IMG/VR virus record: IMGVR_UViG_3300010381_000016
Span: 1 to 24,629 of that record
Origin: a virus
Taxonomy: Duplodnaviria > Caudoviricetes
Strand: one strand, 5' to 3'
DNA length: 24,629 bases
In this document: positions 5,298 through 14,476 of the stretch, in pieces
Layout: each line of letters opens with the position of its first letter
Numbering within the stretch: position 1 is the first letter of the stretch
Made by a program: the position numbers and the translations under genes
The notes under the pieces: model-generated
Databases searched by the model: none
Told to the model about the DNA's origin: nothing
Seen by the model: the letters and a program-made list of their open reading frames with translations, nothing else

Positions 5298-5938
5298 GTG
5301 TGCTTATTGAAGTATTCTAGTAAGGCTAAACTGATAATATCCTGTTGCTTTTCTTGTGGGTGCTTCTCAACATATCTATGTATTTCATCATCAGCTTGTT
5401 TGTACAGGCGATATGTCTTTTTAACTACCTCACCCGCTAAATCTTCTATTGTCGGACACTTGTCGGACACTTGTCGGACACGTTTCAAATTAAGCCTCCC
5501 TTGCCCGTCCAATGCCGTATCTGACAATATTTCACACAATGTATACTCTCCACACATCAATTTATCGAGCGGACACTTTTCACAATCTACAGCCGTACAA
5601 TTTTCCGCAATATCCTTTATTCGTTTCAATAATTTTTCTACTTGTGACATCGGTATAACCCCCTCATTAGCGTTTTTGCCGCCTATAGCCTCTAAAATTT
5701 CATATTTGTTTACTCGGAACTTTTTTACGACAGAGTTTACATTATAAAAATTCGGGCTGTCCATTATCTTTTTTATCTCTGTCAATAGTTCCGGTGTAAG
5801 TTTTCGTCCGGGCAATCGGTGGGATTTACCTTTTGCAATCTGCAATGCAACCTCGGATGAGAGCTCACAGTACCACATTATTGCAGTGTATAATGCCACA
5901 TATGCCGTATCTCTTGGGTCATTCTCAGTAAATCCCAC
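5288..5938 (-). CDS. Hypothetical DNA-binding protein with Cys cluster and C-terminal RHH-like domain
   Basis: 216 aa; C..CEKCPL..C; C-terminus KKTYRLYKQADDEI...QQDIISLALLEY. Confidence 0.7.
   Translation of the reverse strand: MGFTENDPRDTAYVALYTAIMWYCELSSEVALQIAKGKSHRLPGRKLTPELLTEIKKIMDSPNFYNVNSVVKKFRVNKYEILEAIGGKNANEGVIPMSQVEKLLKRIKDIAENCTAVDCEKCPLDKLMCGEYTLCEILSDTALDGQGRLNLKRVRQVSDKCPTIEDLAGEVVKKTYRLYKQADDEIHRYVEKHPQEKQQDIISLALLEYFNKHTKK
5449..5481. repeat. Three perfect tandem copies of TTGTCGGACAC
   Basis: 11-mer at 5449, 5460 and 5471; each contains the palindrome TGTC-G-GACA. Confidence 0.95.
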
Positions 5939-5960
5939 CCTATCACCCCTCTCTATCGTA

Positions 5961-6131
5961 TCACTGTTGCCTTGCCTTCCTCACCCTATCCCGCCCCATG
6001 TCATTCACAGCACATATATCTCTATTGGCTTGCCACGGTTCGGGCTTTTGCTTTGGCTCAACTTTCCCGCACCGCTTATTGCTGCACTTTCCATCCCGGA
6101 TGATGCTGCCGCATACCTCGCAAAATTGCAT
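5961..6131 (-). CDS. Small zinc-ribbon-like protein, 56 aa
   Basis: MQFCEVCGSIIRDGKCSNKRCG...; coupled to upstream stop (TAATG). Confidence 0.65.
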   Translation of the reverse strand: MQFCEVCGSIIRDGKCSNKRCGKVEPKQKPEPWQANRDICAVNDMGRDRVRKARQQ

Positions 6132-6301
6132 TATGTATCACCGCCCTCATTGCCTATAACAACCTCAAATTTGTCCCATAGCCACCGCAGTATATTTAGC
6201 AGATCATCTTTTGTTGTGCCATTGTGGGTTACAAGGTCTATCTCCTGTTGACAGGCTTTTATTTTTTGTGGCTCAGTCATTTTGTCCCAATCGTATTTCA
6301 T
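6131..6301 (-). CDS. Hypothetical protein, 56 aa
   Basis: MKYDWDKMTEPQK...; SD-like GAGGGG/AGGAG upstream; fills the gap in the operon. Confidence 0.65.
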   Translation of the reverse strand: MKYDWDKMTEPQKIKACQQEIDLVTHNGTTKDDLLNILRWLWDKFEVVIGNEGGDT

Positions 6302-6305
6302 CCCC

Positions 6306-6818
6306 TCACGCTCCTATCTCTTCCAAAAATTCTTTCACATTATACCGATAATGTACCTTTTTCAGCTCGCCTTTTATCTCAATGCCATTCTCCTGTATAA
6401 ATTTTAGCGGGAAGCTCTTTGACTCGCTGTGATAGAAAAAATAATGAACGTGCCGAATTGGTACAAAATATGTAAACTCCAAATCTCTGAAGTTAAATAT
6501 GTATCCCGTTATGATTCCTGGAAAATGTGATGCTTTTTCAAGATCATTTAATTGCTTCTCTTTGCTCCATGTGTTTTTTTCTTTGTCATACTTCCCCATC
6601 ACCGCCGTATACGGAAAGCTCTTTCCCAAATGGCTTTTTAGCTCAATCAGCCACATTCGCCCATCATGGAGAAGGAAGTCACATATATTCTGAGCTTGAA
6701 AGCGTGTCTGTTCCTGTTCTCCCCATGCTGCCGTACCATCCTTGAAGCGATAATGAAATACTGAGTCTGGAACGGATTTTATAAAGTCCTGCTCAAAGGA
6801 TTTACCAGCGTTAGGCAT
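6306..6818 (-). CDS. recU: RecU-like Holliday junction resolvase
   Basis: GKSFEQDF...ICDFL...LIELKS...QL..L motifs; start at MPNAG with GGAGG SD. Confidence 0.8.
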   Translation of the reverse strand: MPNAGKSFEQDFIKSVPDSVFHYRFKDGTAAWGEQEQTRFQAQNICDFLLHDGRMWLIELKSHLGKSFPYTAVMGKYDKEKNTWSKEKQLNDLEKASHFPGIITGYIFNFRDLEFTYFVPIRHVHYFFYHSESKSFPLKFIQENGIEIKGELKKVHYRYNVKEFLEEIGA

Positions 6819-7542
6819 TGCGTTCCACCTCCCTCCGCAGATCCTCCTTGATGTAATAATCCATATGATACGATTTACATATCCGCTCAGCACGCTGCCC
6901 AAAATCTTTCCAATTGGTGTCTGATGGGTAATAATTCAGTTTCCCTATTTTGTATCTATCAATGTAACCAACATTTAGTTCCAGTAAATTAAGAATATCA
7001 GCCGAATCTAAAACAGGTTCCATTGATATCCATGTTTTAATGCCCAATTTGTGTGCCCTATCTAGTGCAGCCAATCGATATGCAACGGCCCCAGAATTCG
7101 GCTCTGCTGCGGGTGATTCAAACAAACTCCCGGTTGAATATCCCGCATATGTAACACCAAACCAATCGTCTTTGTCTAGTAAGTCAAAATCCCGTTCCGC
7201 ATCCTCGCCATTCTTTGTAAGTATCTGAACATGGTTGCCTGCGTCTTTTATGACATTTATAATTTTTCTTGTTATTGAGGAATCAAAGCCTTTCGGGTAT
7301 GCGTCGCCGATGAATGGAATGTGAATCAGTTTTCCTGTGATGCCCTCTTTATCAAGCTGTTGTTTTGTGGCTTCAATGATTCCGGGGCGGTATCCTTTGT
7401 AATCGAAAAATTCTTCTTTTGTCTTATGAAGGACAGCAGGAGCGTAACAATAAAAGCATTTATGCGGACATGTGTTATGCAAGTTTATAGCAAGTTCTCC
7501 GTATTCCTTCGCTCTACCTTTGGGCACGTATATAGGTTTCAT
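6811..7542 (-). CDS. Radical SAM protein (SplB-like phage family)
   Basis: CPHKCFYC motif, ILTK, TWISMEPV, IGKLNY. Confidence 0.88.
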   Translation of the reverse strand: MKPIYVPKGRAKEYGELAINLHNTCPHKCFYCYAPAVLHKTKEEFFDYKGYRPGIIEATKQQLDKEGITGKLIHIPFIGDAYPKGFDSSITRKIINVIKDAGNHVQILTKNGEDAERDFDLLDKDDWFGVTYAGYSTGSLFESPAAEPNSGAVAYRLAALDRAHKLGIKTWISMEPVLDSADILNLLELNVGYIDRYKIGKLNYYPSDTNWKDFGQRAERICKSYHMDYYIKEDLRREVERNA

Positions 7543-7874
7543 TTTGTTTTCTCCCTCTCAAACCAAAATCGTCCATCCCACTCCTGTACCTTGATAATCC
7601 CGTAGTCCTCCGCAATTTTACATATGTATATGTCCCGTACCCTTTGGTGCAGCGTCAGGAGCATCTTGCGGAAGTATTCCAGAGTGTGCGCCCGCTTATA
7701 GTGGTTACAGCGGCGGCAGGATGGATTTTTATTTCTTATATCGTTAATGCCGATATCTAAGATGTCATACCTGTCAATCCTTTTAGGCATTATATGGTCT
7801 ACCTGCATATCCTTGTACTCTATCTCTCTGCCGCCGTATTTGTTGTATATCTGCAACCGTTCAGCTTTTGTCAT
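7539..7874 (-). CDS. HNH endonuclease (N-terminal CxxC missing)
   Basis: MQVDHIMP...N..PSCRRCNHYK. Confidence 0.8.
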   Translation of the reverse strand: MTKAERLQIYNKYGGREIEYKDMQVDHIMPKRIDRYDILDIGINDIRNKNPSCRRCNHYKRAHTLEYFRKMLLTLHQRVRDIYICKIAEDYGIIKVQEWDGRFWFEREKTK

Positions 7875-8488
7875 TCCCCCACCACCTCCGCAATCTTTGG
7901 AAGGGCTTCTCTTACAGGCTTTCTTGCTCTTGCGCCCTCTGCCTCATTCTCAAACTCAGCTTCATCCATTACAAACTCCAGCGCTCCCCTTGCCTGTTTC
8001 AGCGCCACCACATCAGCGGGGTTATGGTAAGCGACGGGTGTGCCGGAAATAGTTTTATAAAACTGCTGTATCTCCTGTAACGCAATTCCAACCGTATGCC
8101 AAACACCTGTACCGGGTTTGACATATTCTGTGGCCTGTTCGATGACCTTAAAACGCGATTCCGCTATTTCCAACGCCTCCCGCATCCTTGCCGCCTGCGC
8201 CTGTAGCTGCTCATACAAGTCTGTCATATGTTCCAAGTTCATTTCTGAGTTCATATTGTCACATCGTAACTGCTCATTCTCCTGTTGCAATTTCTTCCAG
8301 TTTTCATTCGTCACAGCATAGCATTTTTGCAGGCTGTCAAGTTCCTGCTGTAGTGCTTCTATATCCTTGCTTCTCACAGTTATATCTTCTGCCAACTCCC
8401 ATTTATCCCTTGACGAGCATTCAATACATGGATGTGATGCCGAACTCCTATACCTGCATGTTTCGCATAATCTCTTTATTAGGTTCAT
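7871..8488 (-). CDS. Hypothetical coiled-coil protein with N-terminal CxxC pairs
   Basis: 205 aa, overlapping start/stop with neighbours. Confidence 0.8.
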   Translation of the reverse strand: MNLIKRLCETCRYRSSASHPCIECSSRDKWELAEDITVRSKDIEALQQELDSLQKCYAVTNENWKKLQQENEQLRCDNMNSEMNLEHMTDLYEQLQAQAARMREALEIAESRFKVIEQATEYVKPGTGVWHTVGIALQEIQQFYKTISGTPVAYHNPADVVALKQARGALEFVMDEAEFENEAEGARARKPVREALPKIAEVVGE

Positions 8489-8919
8489 TTATCTCCCTCC
8501 AATTTCCGTTCAACCTCTATCCATTTCGGTATGTTCCATTTTCCAGTCGTTTTAACAAGTTTATATTTTTGTAATCTGTCGTATATCCTGTCTATGCAAT
8601 CGGTACCGCCGTTTAGCCCTGTCTTGCATTCCTTTGTCCCCACATCAAAACATTCACAGCGAGGGCAAACAAATTCATAAGAGTAATTCGTCAAATCTTC
8701 TTCAAAGAAGTCTGACGTTAGTCCCTCGTCCGGTGAAAACCAGTTCCAGAGTTTTTGCACTATGCAATCGCATTTCTCATGAGATTTGAAATCCCAACTT
8801 TCTTTGCCATCGACAATAAATTGATAAACATATTTTTCACCTTTGATGATTTTGCCACGGCATAACCCGCAACGGTGTTCCTTCCTCGCTTTGTGCGTTT
8901 CTGTTTTTAAGGCTTGCAT
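8485..8919 (-). CDS. Cys-rich phage hypothetical protein
   Basis: KARKEHRCGLC...I.KGEKY motif; SD present. Confidence 0.8.
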   Translation of the reverse strand: MQALKTETHKARKEHRCGLCRGKIIKGEKYVYQFIVDGKESWDFKSHEKCDCIVQKLWNWFSPDEGLTSDFFEEDLTNYSYEFVCPRCECFDVGTKECKTGLNGGTDCIDRIYDRLQKYKLVKTTGKWNIPKWIEVERKLEGDK

Positions 8920-8959
8920 AACCTCACCCCTCCAAATCTATTCTTCGCATTGTCCTTTT

Positions 8960-9184
8960 TTACGAGATATGTCCTTTACACCCCGTTTGATAATCAAAGT
9001 TGTCACAATCACCCATAGGTATTACTCTCCACCCCTTTGCAAGGCAATCGTATAAATATTCCCTTGCTTCTTCGTGTGTTAATTTCTTACCTGTTTCGTC
9101 TGTAAAAACGCCTTTTAAAGAATTTTTCCGAGTATGGTTATTTAACATTCCGCGTATATCGGCGCACATATGTATCGTTTTCAT
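8960..9184 (-). CDS. Hypothetical protein, 74 aa
   Basis: Start MKTIHMC after GAGGGG SD. Confidence 0.75.
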   Translation of the reverse strand: MKTIHMCADIRGMLNNHTRKNSLKGVFTDETGKKLTHEEAREYLYDCLAKGWRVIPMGDCDNFDYQTGCKGHIS

Positions 9185-9222
9185 CCCCTCACCCCTTCCG
9201 CAGATTATCCTGCTTATACGAA

Positions 9223-10329
9223 CTAAATCACCTTGTCTTCCCAACCAACACCGATGTAATTCAGAACACGACCCCAACCATACTTTTCACCAGTCTTTTT
9301 ATCAGTGCAGCAATGATACATCCAGAATTCCCATTCCTTTAAATTTCTTTCCCTAAGATAATCAAACCTGTGAGGGCGCTTTTCCATATGGACCCCAAAC
9401 CCACACATAGAGCAGCCTGTACGTTGTGCCTTAGTGGTGCAAAGCATTCCTTTTGAATTCTTCTCAATTACGCCATAGACTTCAGGCACTGGAGCATTAA
9501 GCTCGCGATTTAGTCTCAAAATGTCTTCCCTCAAAAATGGAGCAAAAGGGCAGCTTCTAATGACTGTTTTGCCGTAATAATTACAACCGTGTTCTATCAG
9601 CGATTCTTCACGTTGTCCACCCTCGGAGGCCATCAGCCCAAGATACGGATAGCTGTTATTTTCTTTTGCCCAATCGTCACAAGGTTTTTCCTTTGTCCAA
9701 TAGCAGCAATCATTCGATACGAGGAAGTCCGCCTCCTGAAAGTCAGTCCCATATTCCTCGTTTACCATTCCTGCAAAAAGTTTTAACCATTTTTGAGGCA
9801 TTTGCATTCTGCTTTTTTTAGCATAATGTCCTTGCTTTCCGCATTCTCCGGTTATTATCGCATGTCTGACAGTCTTATTTTTTTCTGTAGGATGCTGCAA
9901 AGTATCGATTCTTCCAGCAATTTTCTTTGATATGACAGGGAAACCGATATTATTAAGAATATCCACCTTGGACTTGTACGGTATCAGTTTTATGACGCCC
10001 AGTTGATCATGGATTCGTTGAATGCTTTTATCCTCCAGGACTGATACAGATATGGCAGGTACATCAATACCAATATGGCGTAGAAAAACCAATAGTGTTA
10101 TACTATCAAGGCCTCCTACAGATATATGGCACTCGTGGCCTCGCTTTGTCATTTCTGTCATGAACTCATAGGCCCGCTGTTCTGCTCTTCGTACCTTGAC
10201 CTCGTACGGGAGCTGCTGCATTGCTGTAAATTCAGCCTTTTTGCGTGCCTTTTCTTTTTTCCATTCCTCAAGCTCTTTTTCTCTTTGGGCTTCATCTATT
10301 TCAGCTTTTTCAAGTAATGCTGTACTCAC
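9223..10329 (-). CDS. PAPS-reductase-like (adenine nucleotide alpha hydrolase) protein
   Basis: PP-loop-like ISVGGLDS, CC..KEKP, RTGCSMCGFG; GGAGG SD, GTG start. Confidence 0.85.
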   Translation of the reverse strand: MSTALLEKAEIDEAQREKELEEWKKEKARKKAEFTAMQQLPYEVKVRRAEQRAYEFMTEMTKRGHECHISVGGLDSITLLVFLRHIGIDVPAISVSVLEDKSIQRIHDQLGVIKLIPYKSKVDILNNIGFPVISKKIAGRIDTLQHPTEKNKTVRHAIITGECGKQGHYAKKSRMQMPQKWLKLFAGMVNEEYGTDFQEADFLVSNDCCYWTKEKPCDDWAKENNSYPYLGLMASEGGQREESLIEHGCNYYGKTVIRSCPFAPFLREDILRLNRELNAPVPEVYGVIEKNSKGMLCTTKAQRTGCSMCGFGVHMEKRPHRFDYLRERNLKEWEFWMYHCCTDKKTGEKYGWGRVLNYIGVGWEDKVI

Positions 10330-10372
10330 TTTATTGACCTCCCTTACTTCGCATTCTTTTTATTTTCCGCAC

Positions 10373-10963
10373 CTACTCCAATATCCAAACTTCCAACTCC
10401 CGCCGTCCAAACTCCATGCAAGCCGTATTATCGGCTATGAACACATCAATGCAGCCATCTTTTATTGATCCGCCTCGGTCCTGCACCGTAAACACGCCAT
10501 TATTAGGCATTTCAGCGAAATAGGGTATGAATATTTGCGTCCCAAATGGCAGTTCTGGTCCTGCTGCAACCGTGTACCATTCTTTCACTCTTTCGCCGGA
10601 TGCCGTTATGCCATACTCGGGATGATTCGGCAGTTTCCCGCAGGATTTATACGACAGGTCATACGCCGTAACTTCCATAATCCGCTTTGTGCCGCGCTCC
10701 CCGCCCCTGTCCGTCTTATCCTGCTTACGGTCTAACTGCTGCTGCATTATGTCAAGCTGTGCGGATAGGTCGGTGAGCTGAGCGGATAGATTTGCGTTTT
10801 CTTGGGATAATATATCCGATTGCCCCTGTAACGTCCTACAAGCCAATTCTAGCTTAGGTAATATACTTTCACATTCAGCCACTTTTTGATTGCTGGACAA
10901 GTACAAGGCGGCGCAAATTGATACGGTTAAAATTAATGCTATTATGTAACGTATTGGTTTCAT
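10373..10963 (-). CDS. Membrane-anchored/secreted 3D-domain protein (MltA-like peptidoglycan enzyme)
   Basis: N-terminal hydrophobic segment, coiled coil, VTAY...GITASG...DRGGSIKDGCIDVF. Confidence 0.88.
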   Translation of the reverse strand: MKPIRYIIALILTVSICAALYLSSNQKVAECESILPKLELACRTLQGQSDILSQENANLSAQLTDLSAQLDIMQQQLDRKQDKTDRGGERGTKRIMEVTAYDLSYKSCGKLPNHPEYGITASGERVKEWYTVAAGPELPFGTQIFIPYFAEMPNNGVFTVQDRGGSIKDGCIDVFIADNTACMEFGRRELEVWILE

Positions 10964-10989
10964 GGCGTGACCTCCTTCTCGTATATGTC

Positions 10990-11243
10990 CTGTCTGGATT
11001 TAAAATCCCTTTTGGGTATAAAAACCTTGCACCTGCGTTGCTTAGATATGTGCATGGCGGGTGAGCTATCATCATGTCCCATCCTTGATTAAGTATTTCA
11101 AGTACATCCCTTTGAATGTGATATGTCGGGTCTGAATCCGTTGGTATAATGTCGCAGCTCCACGCATCATGTCCCTTTCTTCTGAATGCATCCCGTACAA
11201 CTCCACTAAATTCACATGCTACAAGTATTTTCATTTTCGTCAT
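10990..11243 (-). pseudogene. Truncated C5 DNA-cytosine methyltransferase (N-terminal motifs only)
   Basis: ILVACEFSGVVRDAF...SCDI...WDMMIAHPPCTYLS, then similarity stops after ~85 aa and the frame runs into the next gene. Confidence 0.75.
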
Positions 11244-11296
11244 AGTCCTTTCCCGTCGAAAAGGCCGGTACCGTTTAAAAGCTTACCTATGACGCT

Positions 11297-11449
11297 TTAA
11301 TCAAATATTTGCCCTTCTTTTTCGCTTAGCCTGCTCCTGACGTACTCGCTGCCGTTTTCGCAGGTCATACATGGCCCCTGCGTTATATTCAGCGGGAGAT
11401 ATCGGCAGGTGGCACATTGCGGGTATGGCAGACCATCTATTTGCTGCAT
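11297..11449 (-). CDS. Small Cys-containing protein, 50 aa
   Basis: GAGGTG SD; CATCRY...PCMTC. Confidence 0.6.
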   Translation of the reverse strand: MQQIDGLPYPQCATCRYLPLNITQGPCMTCENGSEYVRSRLSEKEGQIFD

Positions 11450-11495
11450 GGTATCACCTCACAAATTTTGGTTTGTATTGTGCTGCTTATGCGGA

Positions 11496-11663
11496 CTAAA
11501 CCAGTACGACAGGTTCATTGCTTTTGAGCGGGTATTTCTGCAATACCGCACTTTTCATGCTGGATTTGTTGTGCCGTGTAAAATATGGCTCCCAAGCAAC
11601 GAAATCCCGTATGGTATAGGTAATCTGTGACCCGTCTTTGAAAATGATTTTAAGTCTTTTCAT
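11496..11663 (-). CDS. Hypothetical protein, 55 aa
   Basis: MKRLKIIFKDGSQITY...; AAGGAG SD. Confidence 0.65.
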   Translation of the reverse strand: MKRLKIIFKDGSQITYTIRDFVAWEPYFTRHNKSSMKSAVLQKYPLKSNEPVVLV

Positions 11664-12006
11664 GCTTCCTGCTCCTTCCTTTCACACCTTCCTTAAATAT
11701 CCTTTGAATTTTAACCAAGCATTTGCTACAAATCCTCATTCCACAGCCATATTCATCACAGAAGGAGAATGACATACCGAGAAAAAACCTTGCCTTTCTA
11801 CCGCAAACGTTACATTCGCCATGAAACCACGTCTTGTAATGCTCTTCGTCAGGCTTCTCCAACCAATCTTTCATCCATCCCCAATTCCTTAGATTCTTCT
11901 GAAAATCATGGCTTGCGACCATTCCTTCGAGCCTTTTCCTTTCAGCCATAATATCGTCCATGATGTCTATAACAAAAGGTTCCTTGTCGATTTTATTCAC
12001 ACCCAT
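11650..12006 (-). CDS. Hypothetical protein with two CxxC motifs
   Basis: CNVCG...ICSKC. Confidence 0.7.
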   Translation of the reverse strand: MGVNKIDKEPFVIDIMDDIMAERKRLEGMVASHDFQKNLRNWGWMKDWLEKPDEEHYKTWFHGECNVCGRKARFFLGMSFSFCDEYGCGMRICSKCLVKIQRIFKEGVKGRSRKHEKT

Positions 12007-12062
12007 CCCCCCTACTTCACCTTATTTTCCGCTACAAATTTTCTATCAGCCTGTTTATTTCC

Positions 12063-12219
12063 TCATCCGACATTTCGCAACCGGATTAATATATCCGTGC
12101 AGTATCGCTTTATCGTCCTCTTGCAGCAGTGGAACTTGGCCGCCAGTTGTCGGTATGTCCACCCGTGTCTACGCAGTCGGATGATTCGCCATTTCGTCTG
12201 GCTATCAAAACATCTGCAT
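12063..12219 (-). pseudogene. Frameshifted small HTH gene
   Basis: Removing one base from the A4 run at 12207-12210 gives MQMFDSQTKWRIIRLRRHGWTYRQLAAKFHCCKRTIKRYC (HTH). Confidence 0.55.
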
Positions 12220-12340
12220 CGGCTTTCCTGAACTCTCGGCATGTATTATCACCCCTGAAATTTTCTTGATCTAACCTGTTACATCCGGCACATTTCCAGC
12301 ATTGCGTTAAGGCTAATGCAGCTTTATCAATCCCTGCCAT
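12110..12340 (-). CDS. Small Cys-rich protein (C-terminus probably extended by the frameshift)
   Basis: QCWKCAGCNRL...C; overlaps the helicase loader stop. Confidence 0.6.
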   Translation of the reverse strand: MAGIDKAALALTQCWKCAGCNRLDQENFRGDNTCREFRKADADVLIARRNGESSDCVDTGGHTDNWRPSSTAARGR

Positions 12341-12863
12341 TGGTTAACGCCAACCTTTCAGCCAATCCGGCTATAAGTTCCCTTGTGGACTCCGGCAGCA
12401 TTGCTCTTTCTTTTTCTTGCGTCGTCCTGGCTTTGTATGACCGCATAAAGTTACTTTGAATCACACTATCCACTGTTTCAGCCTCCATGACCGCCCAATC
12501 TCTTAACTGGCTTGCCCCGCCAACCACTTTCTGAATAATAGGCGGCAACCTTTCAAAATTTTCTCTTGCACCGTAATAACTTATAGCACCCCTCACTATT
12601 TGCCAGGCTTCCATTTCAGTAAGTTGTTCAGGCTGCGTTATCATATTAATTTTTTCTTTTACATCTGCAATGGCCGGCGGATATTTAAGGGTACACATGA
12701 GAGATTTAACAGCTTCGGTCACTATCAAAGCAGAATCAGACTTAAATATTCCCGCCCATAAATCAATAATTCTGTCTGCATCTGCAGCTTTCAGATCTTT
12801 ATAAAAATTTGGATATCCGGCTTTTAATACTGCAAGAATAGCTTGTGTTTCTTCCCTTGTCAT
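12327..12863 (-). CDS. Replicative helicase loader/inhibitor (G39P-like N-terminus)
   Basis: MTREET..ILAVLKAGYP...W...KYPPAIADV; directly follows the initiator. Confidence 0.8.
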   Translation of the reverse strand: MTREETQAILAVLKAGYPNFYKDLKAADADRIIDLWAGIFKSDSALIVTEAVKSLMCTLKYPPAIADVKEKINMITQPEQLTEMEAWQIVRGAISYYGARENFERLPPIIQKVVGGASQLRDWAVMEAETVDSVIQSNFMRSYKARTTQEKERAMLPESTRELIAGLAERLALTNGRD

Positions 12864-12874
12864 GCTTGCCTCCT

Positions 12875-13528
12875 TTACAGAAATGGATTACTAGATTCTT
12901 CTTTGTTGCTACGTTCCCATGTCCTTACCGCTGCTTTCCAATCCTTCATTTTGTTTTTACCGATCATCCAACCTTTGGAGGAATAAAAATCAATAAACGT
13001 TTCAGGGCTTACTTGATTTCTGCGTTCATTGCAATAGGTTTTTACTTCTTCAATGGTGGGCGGAGTGAATTTCCCTAATATATTACTTTCCTTTACTTTA
13101 CTTTCCTTTACTTTACTTTCCTTTATATGGGTAGTTTCTGCGGCAGAAATCTTTTGTTCATACGCAACCCGCATTCTCTCGCGCTTTTCAAGGACTGACA
13201 CCGCGCGTTTTTTTACCCCATTTGATGTTAATTTTCGCGTATCATCGAAGTATGTTTTATCAAATAAATTCTTCTTCAACGCACTTTCTAAAATCTGATT
13301 ATATTCATCAGCAGAAATGTGTAATTTCTGTGCTATTACTTCCCTAGTTTCTGTGTCAGAAATATCAAATTCAAGGTTAGCGCTGCGGTAGATATATTCC
13401 AAATGGATGAAATAAAAAGCGTATCCTTTTGCGCCATAGAGTAATAATAGAGGTTCTAATTTAGGGTCACTTGCAGCATATACATCGTGTGGAAAGTAGT
13501 CTAATCCTTCTTTTTGCGGTCTTGCCAA
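12875..13528 (-). CDS. Phage replication initiator (DUF4373/Lin1244-like N-terminus)
   Basis: MARPQKEGLDYFPHDV; C-terminal FTPPTIEEV...MKDWKAAVRTWE. Confidence 0.85.
   Translation of the reverse strand: MARPQKEGLDYFPHDVYAASDPKLEPLLLLYGAKGYAFYFIHLEYIYRSANLEFDISDTETREVIAQKLHISADEYNQILESALKKNLFDKTYFDDTRKLTSNGVKKRAVSVLEKRERMRVAYEQKISAAETTHIKESKVKESKVKESNILGKFTPPTIEEVKTYCNERRNQVSPETFIDFYSSKGWMIGKNKMKDWKAAVRTWERSNKEESSNPFL
13083..13125. repeat. ~2.9 copies of 15-mer TTACTTTCCTTTACT inside the initiator gene
   Basis: Seen directly; encodes KESKV repeats; typical position of a phage origin region. Confidence 0.85.
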
Positions 13529-13669
13529 TCTATCACCACCTTATCAGAGGGGTTGAAGGCCCCCTCTCGGAATCCTTATGAACAAATATTAAATTTTTAA
13601 TCAAGTACAGTAAAAAAGTTACCTTTCGTTTTTTTTATTCTCGTGCCCTGCCTTCACCGGGCAAATGAG

Positions 13670-14476
13670 TCATAATTCAGAATAATGTAGTATTTTTGTA
13701 ACCTTCTTTGTTTCCCGGCAATACTGGCACTTTTCACACTTTACCGGTTGTACAATTCTGTTTTTAACTTCAAGAATGTGTGGCATATAGAATTCAATTT
13801 TTTCAAGTTCATAATTAAGCTCCTCATCATTGAAAAACAGGATAGCTTTGTCGGGCACCTCCTCTTTACTTACTGCCACGATTAAAGGATTAAGTTTCTG
13901 AGTTCTGCCGGAGTACAGCATTTCAAGGTGTGGATATACCGCCATTTGTCCTATGTAGCCGTATGCTTCAATCCAATGTTCATATATGCGCTGGCGTTCA
14001 TTCCAAACTCTTTCAGATAGGCTTTTAGTTGTCTTTAAGTCAACGATTCTGCCCTTTTCAACATTCCAAACGTCAATTTTAGCTTTCCACATGCAACCGG
14101 CGAATTCAGCAGTTATGATTTTTTCTTTCTCACCTTCAAGAGCGTTCATACACCATTCATCAGCTTTTAAAGTTTCAATCATGGTATCAGCTATTTTGTA
14201 AGTGGATTTTAGTTGCCCTTTTGTTGCCCCTTGAGAGGAAAACAGTTCAGGATGTTCGACTTTAAATTGTTCTATTGTTCCCTCATTCCATGAATGAACG
14301 TAACTGCCAAGCAGTAAGGCTTCGGAAGGTGGTTCCTCCCACCCTCCGTATATTTGTGCCATTGCCCTAGCCTCACAGCCGCCCAATTCCGGTACAAATG
14401 ACTTATACTGGCTATAAGACATATACTCTCGATTTGCCTCGTCAGAGTAGTAGTTTTTAGCCGTAAGTTGCAGCAT
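13670..14476 (-). CDS. PD-(D/E)XK exonuclease, DUF3799/RecE-like
   Basis: MSYSQYKSF, LLLGSYVH, WKAKID...IVDLKT, YIGQMAVY; adjacent to RecT. Confidence 0.88.
   Translation of the reverse strand: MLQLTAKNYYSDEANREYMSYSQYKSFVPELGGCEARAMAQIYGGWEEPPSEALLLGSYVHSWNEGTIEQFKVEHPELFSSQGATKGQLKSTYKIADTMIETLKADEWCMNALEGEKEKIITAEFAGCMWKAKIDVWNVEKGRIVDLKTTKSLSERVWNERQRIYEHWIEAYGYIGQMAVYPHLEMLYSGRTQKLNPLIVAVSKEEVPDKAILFFNDEELNYELEKIEFYMPHILEVKNRIVQPVKCEKCQYCRETKKVTKILHYSEL

Noticed and set aside
5262-5747. + strand ORFs overlapping - strand phage genes (also 5886-6251, 8188-8574, 17226-17633) and - strand ORFs within the integrase
   Set aside because: Antisense shadows of well-supported genes
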